Shown: positions 1-10,676 of the stretch, piece after piece
Numbering within the stretch: position 1 is the first letter of the stretch
Layout: each line of letters starts with the position of its first letter
Origin: an uncultured Geobacteraceae bacterium
GTDB lineage: Bacteria > Desulfobacterota > Desulfuromonadia > Geobacterales > Pseudopelobacteraceae
Reading direction: 5' to 3'
NCBI GenBank assembly: GCA_903862245.1
Contig: CAIOXL010000110.1
Location: forward strand, 15,336-79,335
Length of the DNA stretch: 64,000 nt
The notes under the pieces: model-generated
The model's database searches: none
What the model was told of the DNA's origin: nothing
The model's input: only the letters and a program-made list of their open reading frames with translations
Program-made: the position numbers and the translations under genes

Positions 1-577
1 CTTTGCGCTCCAGAATCCCGATAACGGTAAAGGGTATTTTCTTGATCCGGACAATACTCCCGACCGGGTCGGCAGAGCCGAAAAGATTTTCAGCAACGGT
101 CTGCCCCAGGAGGCAGACCTTGATGGCGCCGTCTTCATCCTGCTGAGTGATGGCACGGCCGCTGACAACCGGCCATTCGCGGATTTCAAACAGCTCCGGC
201 GTCCCTCCCATGATAACAGACGACCAGTTCATATTACCGCTGATGATCTGCCCCGATGCCCTCACCGTTCCGGCCGCATAAGCCACCGACGGGCAATCGG
301 TCCCGATCGACCGCGCATCGTCACTTGACAGGGTCTGCGCCCCCCCGCTGCCGGTACGGAGACCGCCGCTGGTGGTGGAGCCGGGAATGACCAGAATGAT
401 ATTGCTGCCGATGCTGGCGATCTGCTGGGAGATGACATAGCTGGCACCGCTCCCGACAGCCATCATGGCGATGACCGCGGCGATACCGATGATGATGCCG
501 AGCATGGTCAGGAACGAGCGCATCTTGTTGGTGCGCAGGGCCCGGAGGGCTATTTTGAGTGTTTGGATAAAATCCAT
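1..577 (-). CDS. ABC efflux transporter permease, MacB/FtsX family (5' part only; gene runs past the window start)
   Basis: Minus-strand frame is open to the window edge. ATG at 577 lies 3 nt after the stop of the ATPase gene. My translation starts MDFIQTLKIALRALRTNKMRSFLTMLGIIIGIAAV..., the typical MacB-type N-terminal TM helix followed by a periplasmic domain. Confidence 0.8.
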   Translation of the reverse strand, partial: MDFIQTLKIALRALRTNKMRSFLTMLGIIIGIAAVIAMMAVGSGASYVISQQIASIGSNIILVIPGSTTSGGLRTGSGGAQTLSSDDARSIGTDCPSVAYAAGTVRASGQIISGNMNWSSVIMGGTPELFEIREWPVVSGRAITQQDEDGAIKVCLLGQTVAENLFGSADPVGSIVRIKKIPFTVIGILERK

Positions 578-579
578 GG

Positions 580-1275
580 CTACACCGTCGCGGTGGTCAA
601 ACTGTCAGAAATAATGCGTCCGTCACGAAAGGTTATCTGTCGCCCGGCATAAGCAGCAACATCGTGCTCATGGGTGACCATGATGATCGTTATGCCTTGC
701 CGGTTAAGGGTGGTAAAAAGGTTCATGATCTCTTCACTGGTGCTGCTGTCCAGATTGCCGGTCGGCTCATCCGCCAGAATAACGGCGGGATTGTTGACCA
801 GGGCACGGGCGATGGCCACCCGCTGCTGCTGTCCCCCCGAAAGCTGGCTGGGGTGATTGTTCTCCTTGCCGGCAAGCCCCACCTGCTCCATGGCGATCAG
901 GGCCTGCTTCCGCCGCTCCCTGGAGCCGAGGCCGGCGTAGATCAGCGGCAGTTCAACATTTTCCACCGCCGGAGTGCGGGCCAGCAGGTTGAACCCCTGA
1001 AAAACAAAACCGAGCTTTTTGTTGCGGATATCAGCCAGCTCATTGGCACCTATTCCCCCGACATCAAGACCATCCAGAAGATAGCGGCCGGATGTTGGCC
1101 GATCCAGACAGCCCAGAACATTCATGCAGGTTGACTTGCCGCTGCCGGAGGCCCCCATGATGGCAACAAATTCTCCTGCCGAGATGTCGAAGGACACCCC
1201 CTTGAGAGCTTCAAACTGCTGATCCCCCATAATAAAAACCCGGCGTATGTCGGTCAAGGAGATGACGCAACTCAT
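580..1275 (-). CDS. ABC transporter ATP-binding protein (MacB/LolD type)
   Basis: 231 aa. Walker [10 protein letters not shown], signature LSGGQQQR, Walker [13 protein letters not shown] overlap with the adaptor gene. Confidence 0.9.
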   Translation of the reverse strand: MSCVISLTDIRRVFIMGDQQFEALKGVSFDISAGEFVAIMGASGSGKSTCMNVLGCLDRPTSGRYLLDGLDVGGIGANELADIRNKKLGFVFQGFNLLARTPAVENVELPLIYAGLGSRERRKQALIAMEQVGLAGKENNHPSQLSGGQQQRVAIARALVNNPAVILADEPTGNLDSSTSEEIMNLFTTLNRQGITIIMVTHEHDVAAYAGRQITFRDGRIISDSLTTATV

Positions 1276-2525
1276 CAGAAACGCGCCCCCATGGGCGAAC
1301 CGGACGCACCGGCTTTTTTCTTCACATCGCCGCCGATCTGTTCAACAACGACCTCGTCACCATCTTTTAGGCTGCTCTCGACCAGTTCAATGCTGCTGTT
1401 GTTGGCAATGCCGGTTTTAACCGCGACAGCGACCGGCTTCCCTTCCTTGAGCAGGTAGACCTGCTGGCTCCGGTCCTTCCCTTTGGCGGCACCCCCCTTG
1501 CTTCCGCCTGTTGACCCGCCACCTGCGGCACGCTGGGGAGGGGCACCGGCCACCTTTACCTTGGCATCATCACCCTTCGATTTCGGCTTGAAGCGCAGGG
1601 CGGCCGGCGGCAGTTTGAGCACCTCATCCTTCTGGGCAACGACAACCGACACGTTGGCCGTCATGCCCGGCTTCAGCTTCAAGTCGCTGTTGTCGACGTT
1701 GACAACGACAACATAGGTGACAACATTCTGGGTAATAATCGGTGCGCTGCGAATCTGGACCACCTTGCCGTGAAAGGTCTGTTCAGGATAGGAATCCACG
1801 GTGAAGCTGGCCTTCTGGGCCAACTGGATGCGGCTGATATCAGCTTCGTCGACGCTGACTTCGATCTGCATTTTTGTCAGGTCCTGGGCGATGGTAAAAA
1901 GTGTCGGTGTCTGGAACGACGCCGCCACGGTCTGGCCGACGTCTATGGCGCGGGAGATGACCACGCCATCAACCGGCGAGCGGATGGTTGAGTAGCGCAG
2001 GTTGGTTTTTGCCTGCAGCAGCGCACCCTTGCTCTGGGCGACGCTCCCTTCGGCAGCCTTGATCGCCGCTTTGGCCGATTGCAGGGCGGTTTCCGCCACA
2101 TCAAAATCCCCCTGCGAAATAATACCGTCGCTCAGCAGCTTTTTGTTGCGCGCAAAGGTACGCTCGGCATCCACCACTGTTACCCGGGCTTTTTGCAGGT
2201 TAGCCTCGGCGGTGAGATAGTTTCCTTGAGACTGCTCCACCGCAGCGGTAAACAGGGAGGGGTCTATCTCGGCGATGGCCTGCCCCTTTTTTACCCGCGA
2301 ATTATAATCGACATACAGCTTCTGGATCGTACCGGACACCTGGGTACCAACCGAAACGGTGGTCACCGCCGAAAGATTGCCGGTGGCAGCGACGGTCGAA
2401 ACAATCGTGCCCCGCTCGATTTTGGCGGTTTTGTAGCTGACCTCGGGAGTCCGTGTGACGTAGAAATAGCCGGCAATACCGCCCAGAAGAAGGAGAACTG
2501 CTGAAATGACAAGGTATTTTTTCAT
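1275..2525 (-). CDS. Efflux periplasmic adaptor (HlyD/MacA family membrane fusion protein)
   Basis: 416 aa with an N-terminal membrane anchor and a coiled-coil plus barrel-sandwich type sequence. First gene of an adaptor-ATPase-permease operon. Gly/Ala/Lys low-complexity insert near the C-terminus. Confidence 0.85.
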   Translation of the reverse strand: MKKYLVISAVLLLLGGIAGYFYVTRTPEVSYKTAKIERGTIVSTVAATGNLSAVTTVSVGTQVSGTIQKLYVDYNSRVKKGQAIAEIDPSLFTAAVEQSQGNYLTAEANLQKARVTVVDAERTFARNKKLLSDGIISQGDFDVAETALQSAKAAIKAAEGSVAQSKGALLQAKTNLRYSTIRSPVDGVVISRAIDVGQTVAASFQTPTLFTIAQDLTKMQIEVSVDEADISRIQLAQKASFTVDSYPEQTFHGKVVQIRSAPIITQNVVTYVVVVNVDNSDLKLKPGMTANVSVVVAQKDEVLKLPPAALRFKPKSKGDDAKVKVAGAPPQRAAGGGSTGGSKGGAAKGKDRSQQVYLLKEGKPVAVAVKTGIANNSSIELVESSLKDGDEVVVEQIGGDVKKKAGASGSPMGARF

Positions 2526-2596
2526 GGGGATCTCTCGTTATGATGTAGTGCCCGAAACGTGCGGGGTGCATCATAACAGATAAGCATCGGTACGAC

Positions 2597-2628
2597 AAAA
2601 AAAAAGCCCCCTGCCATGGACAGAGAGC
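2597..2628 (-). terminator. Intrinsic-terminator-like hairpin plus U9 tract upstream of the efflux operon (attenuator, or the 3' end of a small RNA)
   Basis: Minus-strand RNA reads GCUCUCUGUCCAUGGCAGGGGGC followed by nine U. The stem is about 9 bp including G-U pairs and lies about 70 nt upstream of the macA-type start codon. Confidence 0.45.
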
Positions 2629-2960
2629 TTCTTTTCTGAACGCCCGCCACCGGTCGGTGACGGGCTAACTAGGGCAACCCTCTTTGCAGTGGGAAACCGG
2701 ACGAATTCTAAATCTTGCAGTCCACATTGGCAGGGTCTCCTTTCAAATGTATATTTAATTCCTAACAGGATGATTTTTATCTTAATACTATTCTGAAACT
2801 TGTCAAGGGTAATTTTATGTCCGTTACCATTATGTTGGACAGCACATTCAGAGCGCGGTTTTTCCCTGCCACGCGCCTCATGCCGCTGATGCAGAATAAA
2901 CCTTTCCAGACTGAAACAATTTAGATTGCATTATTTGAGGCTGATGGCAAAATACCACCC

Positions 2961-3542
2961 ATGTCATCTCGTGCCCCTTTTCTTGAAATAGCATGTCAGC
3001 AGGTAATCGTTGAGGATGCCTCCGTCTTTTCCGTTCAATGGACCGACCTGCCGCTTTCCTTGGCCGGGTCACTTTCTGCGGAAGAGCTGCTGCACCGCTA
3101 TCTGGGCTATATCAGTAAATTTACGTTGACCCTGATCCGTCCGAAGATCCTGGCACACGGTATTGAGTTCCGCCTGCTCTCGTCCGGCCTCAGCCTGATC
3201 AGTTTTTTGCCGCCGGAATACAGCGGCGAGTTCGCAACACTACGTATCTGTGGCGGCTTCCTGGTGCAGCCGCGCCAGTGCGATCGCGGTGAACTCCGCT
3301 TCGGCATAGAGCATCTTCCTGAAGGTGCACGGGTTTCACTCCAGCTCAGTGATTTCTGCCCCCTGCTGCTCGGCAGCCGGTCGCCGTCACTGGTCCGTTT
3401 CTGGCTCTACCGCCTGACCCAGGCCGCAATCCATCGTCTGGTGACGGTACGCTTCCTGTCGCTGCTGTACCATGAACTGGCCGGGCCATCTGCCGGCGTG
3501 CGGGTCGTAAATGTTGCGGTCCGGGCTGGAAAACCGGTCTGA
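2961..3542 (+). CDS. Hypothetical protein
   Basis: 193-aa ORF in an otherwise empty region upstream of lon. No motif recognised. Coding status rests on ORF length and position only. Confidence 0.45.
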   Translation: MSSRAPFLEIACQQVIVEDASVFSVQWTDLPLSLAGSLSAEELLHRYLGYISKFTLTLIRPKILAHGIEFRLLSSGLSLISFLPPEYSGEFATLRICGGFLVQPRQCDRGELRFGIEHLPEGARVSLQLSDFCPLLLGSRSPSLVRFWLYRLTQAAIHRLVTVRFLSLLYHELAGPSAGVRVVNVAVRAGKPV

Positions 3543-3729
3543 CACTTTGCTTGTCGCCGGTAAGTGTGCTACAGTTCATGAGTCTGATCTACGGCACGCC
3601 CGCCACTCGTGATGACCTGGCCGGACCGCCCCTGACACAGGGCATGCATATACGCCCATGAAGTAATTTTGCTGTATAACCAGCAGTACATACTGTTTGT
3701 TTACTACTTAGGTAAAGGAATCCCGGAAG

Positions 3730-6045
3730 ATGCCACACGCTGATATTGAAATACCTTCCAAATTACCGCTCTACAGCCAGAAAGAGATGGTTGTATTCCC
3801 CTATATGCTGTTCCCGCTGTATGTCAGTGAACGGGATACGCTCGTTTTCCGCGAAGCGGACAACTATGAGAAATATGTTGTGCTCGTCTTTGAGCGACCG
3901 GAGGACCCTGCGCACGAACATCCGGAGGGGAGATGTGACATCGGCACTCTCTGCAAGGTCAACCAGATTAAAAAAATGGATGACGGCCGCAACAAAATTT
4001 CACTGGAAGGGATCACCCGCCTGCAGATTCTCGACACCGAACCGGCCGGGTCACTGACCCTGGCCCACTGTGAAATTGTCCGGGAGTTCGTGGAAAAAAA
4101 TCTCGTCTCCGACGCACTGGTCCAGAGCCTGAATGCCCTGCTCAAAATAGCGCTTTCCCACGGGAAACCGCTGCCTGACGATGTCATGAAGATGATTGAC
4201 TACATCGATAACCCGGCGCGCCTGTCCGATCTGGTAGCACTGTACGTCAATCTGCCGCCGGTCGATCTGCAGGAACTGCTGGAAACGGTTGACCCGCTGG
4301 AACGCCTGAAAAAAGTGTACGTGCATCTGACCAATGAAGTGCAGCGGATCCAGGTCAAGAACGAAGTAGCCGGTGAGGTTACCAAGCGGGTCGGCAAGAA
4401 TCAGAAGGAGTATATCCTGCGCGAGCAGATGAAGCACATCCAGGAAGAACTGGGTGAAGAAGATCCGCGGGCGGCCGATATGAACGAGCTGCGCCGAAAA
4501 ATAGATGAGGCCGGACTGCCGGAGGATATCAAAAAAATTGCCGACAAGGAGCTGAAGCGCCTGGAACGCATTAACCAGGCTTCGCCGGAATATAACGTGT
4601 CACGCACCTACCTCGATTATCTGGCCGGCATGCCGTGGAACATCAGCACCACCGACAGCCTCGATATGGTGCGGGCCGAGGAGATCCTGAACGAAGACCA
4701 CTACAACCTGAAAAAAGTCAAAGAGCGAATCCTGGAATTTCTGGCGGTCCGCTCACTCAAAGAAGACATGAAGGGCCCGGTGCTCTGCTTTGTCGGTCCC
4801 CCGGGGGTCGGCAAAACCTCGCTGGGCAAATCAATCGCCCGCTCCATGGGGCGCAAGTTCGTGCGTATTTCCCTGGGCGGCGTCCGTGACGAAGCGGAGA
4901 TCCGGGGACATCGCCGCACCTATATCGGTGCCCTCCCGGGACGCATCATCAAGGAGCTCTACCGCTGCGGCGCCAACAATCCGATCTTCATGCTTGATGA
5001 AATCGACAAGCTGGGCAATGACTTCCGGGGCGACCCGGCCAGCGCCCTGCTGGAAGTGCTTGATCCGGAGCAGAATTTTTCCTTTAACGATCATTATCTG
5101 GACGTCGCTTTTGACCTGTCAAAAGTCATGTTTATCACCACCGCCAACCAGCTCGACCCGATCCCCGGACCGCTCAAGGACCGCATGGAAGTCATCCGTC
5201 TGGCCGGCTACAGCAGCGAGGAGAAACTGCAGATTGCCAAGAATTTTATTATCCGGCGCGAACTGGGCGAAAACGGCCTTACGGACCGGGGGCTGACCTT
5301 CGATGATGCCGCTCTGGAGAAGGTTATCTGCGACTACACCCGTGAGGCGGGTGTGCGCGGCCTGCAGCGTACGGTCGCATCGATCTGCCGCAAGGTTGCC
5401 AAGGAGATAACCCAGAACAAGGCCGCCCGAAGCTGCATTACCACCACGGCGGTGACGGAACTGCTCGGGCCGAAAAAATTTCATAACGAGGTCGCGGCAG
5501 AGAATGACCGCATCGGTGTTGTGACCGGACTCGCCTGGACGGAAACCGGCGGAGACATCCTGTTCATCGAGGCCACCTCCATGCCGGGCAAAGCCGAGCT
5601 GATTCTGACCGGGTCACTGGGTGACGTGATGAAAGAGTCGGCCCGGGCGGCGCTCTCCTACATTGAAGCCCATGCCGACAAATTCGGCATCCCGCAGGAC
5701 GCCTTTGAAAATCGCACGATTCATATCCACGTCCCTTCCGGGGCCATCCCCAAGGACGGCCCCTCAGCCGGGATAACCATGGTCACGGCACTTGTTTCTC
5801 TTCTGACCGGCAAACCGGCCCGGCGCAATATCGCCATGACCGGTGAAATCACACTGACCGGACGGGTTTTGGCAATCGGCGGGTTGAAGGAAAAGGTTCT
5901 GGCGGCTCACCGTGCCGGAGTCTGCACCATCGTCGCGCCGGAGCGCAACCGTGATGATCTGGAAGATATCCCGGAAAACGTCCGGAATGACCTGCAGTTC
6001 ATTTTTGTCAGCGATGCCGCCGAAGCACTGGCAGCGGCACTGTAG
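3730..6045 (+). CDS. lon: ATP-dependent Lon protease (endopeptidase La)
   Basis: 771 aa. LON N-domain, Walker [10 protein letters not shown], Walker B MLDEIDK, catalytic Ser in [11 protein letters not shown] and Lys in [10 protein letters not shown]. Confidence 0.95.
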   Translation: MPHADIEIPSKLPLYSQKEMVVFPYMLFPLYVSERDTLVFREADNYEKYVVLVFERPEDPAHEHPEGRCDIGTLCKVNQIKKMDDGRNKISLEGITRLQILDTEPAGSLTLAHCEIVREFVEKNLVSDALVQSLNALLKIALSHGKPLPDDVMKMIDYIDNPARLSDLVALYVNLPPVDLQELLETVDPLERLKKVYVHLTNEVQRIQVKNEVAGEVTKRVGKNQKEYILREQMKHIQEELGEEDPRAADMNELRRKIDEAGLPEDIKKIADKELKRLERINQASPEYNVSRTYLDYLAGMPWNISTTDSLDMVRAEEILNEDHYNLKKVKERILEFLAVRSLKEDMKGPVLCFVGPPGVGKTSLGKSIARSMGRKFVRISLGGVRDEAEIRGHRRTYIGALPGRIIKELYRCGANNPIFMLDEIDKLGNDFRGDPASALLEVLDPEQNFSFNDHYLDVAFDLSKVMFITTANQLDPIPGPLKDRMEVIRLAGYSSEEKLQIAKNFIIRRELGENGLTDRGLTFDDAALEKVICDYTREAGVRGLQRTVASICRKVAKEITQNKAARSCITTTAVTELLGPKKFHNEVAAENDRIGVVTGLAWTETGGDILFIEATSMPGKAELILTGSLGDVMKESARAALSYIEAHADKFGIPQDAFENRTIHIHVPSGAIPKDGPSAGITMVTALVSLLTGKPARRNIAMTGEITLTGRVLAIGGLKEKVLAAHRAGVCTIVAPERNRDDLEDIPENVRNDLQFIFVSDAAEALAAAL

Positions 6046-6051
6046 CCGGGC

Positions 6052-6825
6052 ATGAATCCAGCCGTCATCGACAAAGCCCTGCTCCATGCCTTCAGCGAAC
6101 TGCAGAACTATTTCATTCTGGCCAGACGCACCTTCGTGCGGATCTTCCAGCGCCCCTTCTATTACCGTGAATTTGCCGTCCAGTTCGACAAGCTGGGGTT
6201 CTCATCCCTGTTCATCTGCGCCCTGACCGGCCTTTTTTCCGGCATGGTCATGGCTCTGCAGTCACTGATCCAGCTCAAGCCGTTCGCAGCAACCAGCTAT
6301 GTGGGTGGTATGGTCGCGGTGACCATGATCAAGGAGCTGGGCCCGGTGCTGGCAGCACTGATGGTGGCCGGGCGGGTCGGTTCCGCCATCACCGCCGAGC
6401 TCGGCACGATGGTGGTGACCGAACAGGTTGATGCCATGCGGGTGGAAGGAACCGATATCATCAAACGGCTGGCCACGCCCCGCCTCAAGGCAATGCTGCT
6501 GGCACTGCCGCTCCTGACGATCATAACCGATGTGGTTTCTGTCATTGGCGGCTATATCATGTCGGCCGGGTACGGGATAAACCCGACCATGTACATCAGC
6601 GGCCTCCCCCAGTTCATGGTGTTTCAGGATCTGATCGAAGGGGTGGCAAAACCGGCGGTGTTCGGCGCCATTATTGCCGTAACCGGCTGTTATGTCGGTC
6701 TCAATACCAGAGGGGGCGCCGAGGGGGTCGGTGCCGCCGCCAAAAAGGCGGTAGTACTGTCGTCGGTACTGATTTTGGTCTGCGATTTTTTCATGGCAAA
6801 GATTTTTGTGGTATTCCGAGGGTAA
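6052..6825 (+). CDS. mlaE: MlaE-family ABC transporter permease
   Basis: 257-aa multi-TM protein with the MlaE/YrbE-type sequence pattern. Adjacent to MlaF- and MlaD-like genes. Confidence 0.85.
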   Translation: MNPAVIDKALLHAFSELQNYFILARRTFVRIFQRPFYYREFAVQFDKLGFSSLFICALTGLFSGMVMALQSLIQLKPFAATSYVGGMVAVTMIKELGPVLAALMVAGRVGSAITAELGTMVVTEQVDAMRVEGTDIIKRLATPRLKAMLLALPLLTIITDVVSVIGGYIMSAGYGINPTMYISGLPQFMVFQDLIEGVAKPAVFGAIIAVTGCYVGLNTRGGAEGVGAAAKKAVVLSSVLILVCDFFMAKIFVVFRG

Positions 6826-6826
6826 G

Positions 6827-7297
6827 ATGAATTACTGGCTTTTTAAAACCGAACCGGGCTGTTTTTCCTTTGAGGACCTGAAAAACCGCCCGGACATGAC
6901 CGAACCGTGGGACGGGGTACGCAACTTCCAGGCCCGCAATTTTCTGCGGGATACGATCCAGATCGGCGACCGGCTGCTGTTCTACCACAGCAACATTGCG
7001 GAGCCTGCCGTGGTCGGTCTGGCTGAGATCGTGCGCGCCGGCTATCCCGACCCGACCGCCCGGAACCCGCAGGGGGAGCACTTCGACCCGAAAGCTTCCG
7101 TGGAAAACCCGATCTGGTACATGGTTGACGTGCGCTACCATGAAGTGCTGCCGAGGGTTGTGACGCTGGAACGCATCAAACAGAACCCCCTGCTGGCCGA
7201 CATGCCGCTGGTCAAGCGGAGCCGTCTCTCCATCCAGCCGGTGACGGAGAACGAATGGCGGATTATTCTGACCATGGCGGGAGTTGACCGGCAATGA
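6827..7297 (+). CDS. EVE-domain (PUA-like) protein
   Basis: N-terminus MNYWLFKTEPGCFSFEDL...WDGVRNFQARNFLR...GDRLLFYHS is the canonical EVE signature. ATG at 6827 is 1 nt after the mlaE stop, and the 3' end overlaps the mlaF start (ATGA). Confidence 0.8.
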   Translation: MNYWLFKTEPGCFSFEDLKNRPDMTEPWDGVRNFQARNFLRDTIQIGDRLLFYHSNIAEPAVVGLAEIVRAGYPDPTARNPQGEHFDPKASVENPIWYMVDVRYHEVLPRVVTLERIKQNPLLADMPLVKRSRLSIQPVTENEWRIILTMAGVDRQ

Positions 7298-8046
7298 TCA
7301 CCAGTAACTCCATCCGCATGGAAAAAGTATGTTATTCGATCGGCGGCCGCACCATTCTGGAAGATTTTGACTTTCGTCTGGACCAAGGCGTTAACCGGAC
7401 GATTCTGGGAGTCAGCGGTGCCGGGAAGACAACCATACTCAAACTACTGCTCGGCTTGCTGGAACCGGATTCCGGAAAGATTTTCATCGGCGACCTCCAG
7501 ATAACCGGGCTGGCCGAATCCAGTTTCATGCAGCAGCGCAGACGGATCGCCATTGTTTTCCAGGGGGGGGCGCTGTTCGATTCCATGACGGTCGGGGAGA
7601 ATGTCGGCTACCGACTGTTCGAGGAGGGGCAACTCTCCCTGGCCGAAATAACAAACATTGTGCTCGAAAAATTGACGTTTGTCGGCGTGGAAGCGGCCCT
7701 TGACCTGTATCCGTCCGAACTGTCCGGCGGCATGAAAAAACGGGTGGCCATCGCCCGTGCCCTGGCTGCCGACCCGGATTATATTTTCTTTGACGAACCG
7801 ACCACCGGACTTGACCCCATAGGGGTCTATAACATCTGCAAACTGATGCTGCGGCTGCAGGTGGAAGGGAAGACCACGCTGATGGTGACCCATGATCTGG
7901 CGACCGCCTTTGCCACTTCACAGCGGTTTACCTTCCTGCACACAGCACGCATGCTGTTTGAGGGGAGTGAAGCGGAAATGAAGGTCTGCAGCATCCCGGA
8001 AGTACGGGAATTTCTCAAACCGACGGACGGATCGCTGTTCATTTGA
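7294..8046 (+). CDS. mlaF: MlaF-family ABC transporter ATP-binding protein
   Basis: 250 aa. Walker A GVSGAGKTT, signature LSGGMKKR, Walker B FFDEPTTG. Confidence 0.85.
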   Translation: MITSNSIRMEKVCYSIGGRTILEDFDFRLDQGVNRTILGVSGAGKTTILKLLLGLLEPDSGKIFIGDLQITGLAESSFMQQRRRIAIVFQGGALFDSMTVGENVGYRLFEEGQLSLAEITNIVLEKLTFVGVEAALDLYPSELSGGMKKRVAIARALAADPDYIFFDEPTTGLDPIGVYNICKLMLRLQVEGKTTLMVTHDLATAFATSQRFTFLHTARMLFEGSEAEMKVCSIPEVREFLKPTDGSLFI

Positions 8047-8094
8047 TGAGTGCTGAATCGGCCGCTATTAACAACAGGAACAGGTGAAATCCAT

Positions 8095-9177
8095 ATGAAA
8101 CGAAGTAATCAGATCGGCTGGGCCCAGGTGCGGGGAGGAGTATTCATCTTTCTGGCTCTGGTCGTTTTTGCCGGCGGTGTTCTGCTGATGGGCCAGAAAA
8201 CAAAAATGTTCGTTTCCAAGGGGGCCATGCGGATCGTCATGAGCGATGTCGTCGGCCTGAAAGTCGGCGCACCGGTCTGGCTGGCGGGGGTGGACGTCGG
8301 CCTGGTCACCGACATACTGTTTGCCGACGCGAAGCACAGTAACGAGGTCAGCATCGATATCGAGGTTGATACCAATGCCATGAAGAAAATCGGCAGCGAT
8401 TCGAAAATTACGATCAAAACCCGCGGCCTGATGGGCGAAAAGTATGTGGATATTCTCCCCTCTCTAAAATATTCGGAAAAACCACCCACCCTGCTGCACG
8501 GCACATCGGTGGCCAAACTGGATGATGTCATCCAGAAGGCCGGCGACTCCTTTGACAAGGTGAACGGTATCATCGACGGCATCAACCAGGGGAAAGGGAC
8601 CCTGGGGCAACTGGCCAAGGATGAAAAACTCTACAAGAATGTTGCGCAGCTGGCTGTTGAAATGAAAGATCTGGTGGTCACCATCAACCGGGGGGAAGGG
8701 ACGCTGGGGAAACTCAACCGCGACCCGGAACCGTACAACAAGCTGATTAACATTCTGACCAGTGCCGAAAGTACGCTGCAGGACATTCAGGCTTCTGAAG
8801 GGACCCTGAACAAATTGATCTATGACACAACGCTCTACGACAAGCTGACATCACTGGCTGACAAGAGTATCCAGGCCGCAGAGGATGTCCGCCTGCTGAA
8901 CAAAAAGATCATGTCAAAAGATGGTACCGTCGGGCTGTTGCTGAATGATCGGGAATTTTATGACAAGGGGTTATCTCTCATCACCAAGGCCGAAGCATCG
9001 GTCAAGGCGATCGAAGAGGTAACCGCAAAAGTAAAAAGAGGCGACGGCACCGCCGGCCGGCTGGTGAACGACAAGGCACTCTATGAAAAAATGAACCGGA
9101 TGGTTGATGACCTTAACGCTCTGGTCAATGATTTCAAGGCGGATCCGCGCAAGTATATCAAGTTTTCGGTATTTTAA
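8095..9177 (+). CDS. mlaD: MlaD/MCE-family substrate-binding protein with a long repeat-containing C-terminal extension
   Basis: N-terminal TM helix plus MCE domain. Five tandem GT(L/A)G.L..D..(L/F)Y repeats follow. ATG at 8095 is preferred over the upstream GTG at 8050. Confidence 0.8.
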   Translation: MKRSNQIGWAQVRGGVFIFLALVVFAGGVLLMGQKTKMFVSKGAMRIVMSDVVGLKVGAPVWLAGVDVGLVTDILFADAKHSNEVSIDIEVDTNAMKKIGSDSKITIKTRGLMGEKYVDILPSLKYSEKPPTLLHGTSVAKLDDVIQKAGDSFDKVNGIIDGINQGKGTLGQLAKDEKLYKNVAQLAVEMKDLVVTINRGEGTLGKLNRDPEPYNKLINILTSAESTLQDIQASEGTLNKLIYDTTLYDKLTSLADKSIQAAEDVRLLNKKIMSKDGTVGLLLNDREFYDKGLSLITKAEASVKAIEEVTAKVKRGDGTAGRLVNDKALYEKMNRMVDDLNALVNDFKADPRKYIKFSVF

Positions 9178-9191
9178 CGGGAGTTCGGACT

Positions 9192-10676
9192 ATGAAGCGA
9201 ATCATGCTCGCCGCTGTACTGCTGGCGGCACTAGCAACCTGGGCAGGCGCCGCAACGCTGGAAGAAAAGGTTGTCGAGCACACACTGAAGAACGGTATGA
9301 AAGTGCTGGTGGTGGAGCGGCACACCTCTCCGACGGTTGCGGCATGGATTCGTTTCCGGGTGGGCAGCGTTGACGAACGGAGTGATGAACGGGGTATCGC
9401 CCACCTGCTGGAACATATGCTCTTCAAGGGGACGACCACGCTCGGCACAAAGGATTACGCCGCCGAGAAACCGGTTCTTGACAGGATCGAGGAGGTTGCC
9501 CAGGCACTGACCGCCGAAAAAGCGCTGCGGGAAAAGTCCGATGCGGGTAAGATCGCCGCCCTGGAGAAGCAGCTTGCCGCACTGGAAGCCGACGCCGCCC
9601 GTTATGTCATCAAGGATGAGTTTTTTGAATTGTATTCGCGAAACGGCGGCACCGGCTACAACGCCTTTACCAGCCGTGACGGCACCACCTACCTCATCAG
9701 CCTCCCCTCCAACAAACTGGAACTGTGGGCCGCCATCGAATCAGACCGTCTGCAGAATGCCGTGCTGCGTGAATTCTACACCGAGCGTTCGGTGGTCATG
9801 GAGGAGCGCCGCCGTTCCTATGACGCGGACCCGGAGAGCAAACTGTGGGAAACGTTTATCGCCTCCAGCTTTCTGGCCCATGCCTACGGACAGCCGACAA
9901 TCGGCTGGATGTCCGATATTGAAAATCTGACCCGCAGCAAGGCCGAGCAGTTTTTCCACAGTTACTATGCGCCCAACAACGCCATCGTGGCAATCGTGGG
10001 GGATATTGACACCAGCGCGACCATTGCACTGGTCGAGCGCTATTTCGGCGCGATCAAGCCGGGCAGACAGCCATCTCCGGTCACCACCCTGGAACCGCCA
10101 CAGGCCGGGGAGCGACGCATCGAACTGGTGGCGGATGCTCAACCGACGGTCATGATCGGTTTCCACAAGCCGGCGATCGGCACCCCGGATGATTATGTAT
10201 TCGACGTAATCAGCATGATTCTGGGCAGCGGCCGCACCTCACGCTTTTACAAAAAGCTGGTGATTGAGCAGCAGATCGCCACTGATATCGGTGCATTCGA
10301 TGCACCGGGACACCGGTATCCAAACCTGTTTGTTGTCAGCGCCAACCCGCGGGCTCCCCATACGACGGGAGAGCTTGAAGCCGCTGTTCAGGCGGAGCTG
10401 GAACAGCTGAAAACGACGCCGGTCGCCGCACGCGACCTGCAGCGCATTCTCAACAAGATGGACTATGAGGAGGCGCGCCGCATGGGAACCAATGGCGGAC
10501 TGGCCCGCAACCTTACGGAATACGAGGCCACAACCGGCTCCTGGCGCTACATGACCGAGCAGCGCGGCATAATTGCCAGCGTCACGCCGGCTGACATCAT
10601 GCGGGTTGCCCGTACCTACTTCACCCGCGAGAACCGCACCGTCGGATTTATCACAACACAAGGAGGTGGCAAATGA
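9192..10676 (+). CDS. M16-family zinc peptidase (insulinase-like, catalytic subunit)
   Basis: 494 aa with a signal peptide and the inverted zinc motif HxxEH (HLLEH). Confidence 0.9.
   Translation: MKRIMLAAVLLAALATWAGAATLEEKVVEHTLKNGMKVLVVERHTSPTVAAWIRFRVGSVDERSDERGIAHLLEHMLFKGTTTLGTKDYAAEKPVLDRIEEVAQALTAEKALREKSDAGKIAALEKQLAALEADAARYVIKDEFFELYSRNGGTGYNAFTSRDGTTYLISLPSNKLELWAAIESDRLQNAVLREFYTERSVVMEERRRSYDADPESKLWETFIASSFLAHAYGQPTIGWMSDIENLTRSKAEQFFHSYYAPNNAIVAIVGDIDTSATIALVERYFGAIKPGRQPSPVTTLEPPQAGERRIELVADAQPTVMIGFHKPAIGTPDDYVFDVISMILGSGRTSRFYKKLVIEQQIATDIGAFDAPGHRYPNLFVVSANPRAPHTTGELEAAVQAELEQLKTTPVAARDLQRILNKMDYEEARRMGTNGGLARNLTEYEATTGSWRYMTEQRGIIASVTPADIMRVARTYFTRENRTVGFITTQGGGK

Noticed and set aside
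2729-2740. B12-box-like string (minus strand GGAGACCCTGCC) in the macA upstream spacer.
   Set aside because: The other cobalamin-riboswitch elements are missing or in the wrong order relative to it. No cobalamin-related gene is nearby.
3543-3729. Heat-shock (sigma-32) promoter upstream of lon.
   Set aside because: Only a partial CCCAT-like -10 element is present (around 3650) and there is no convincing CTTGAAA -35 element at the right spacing.
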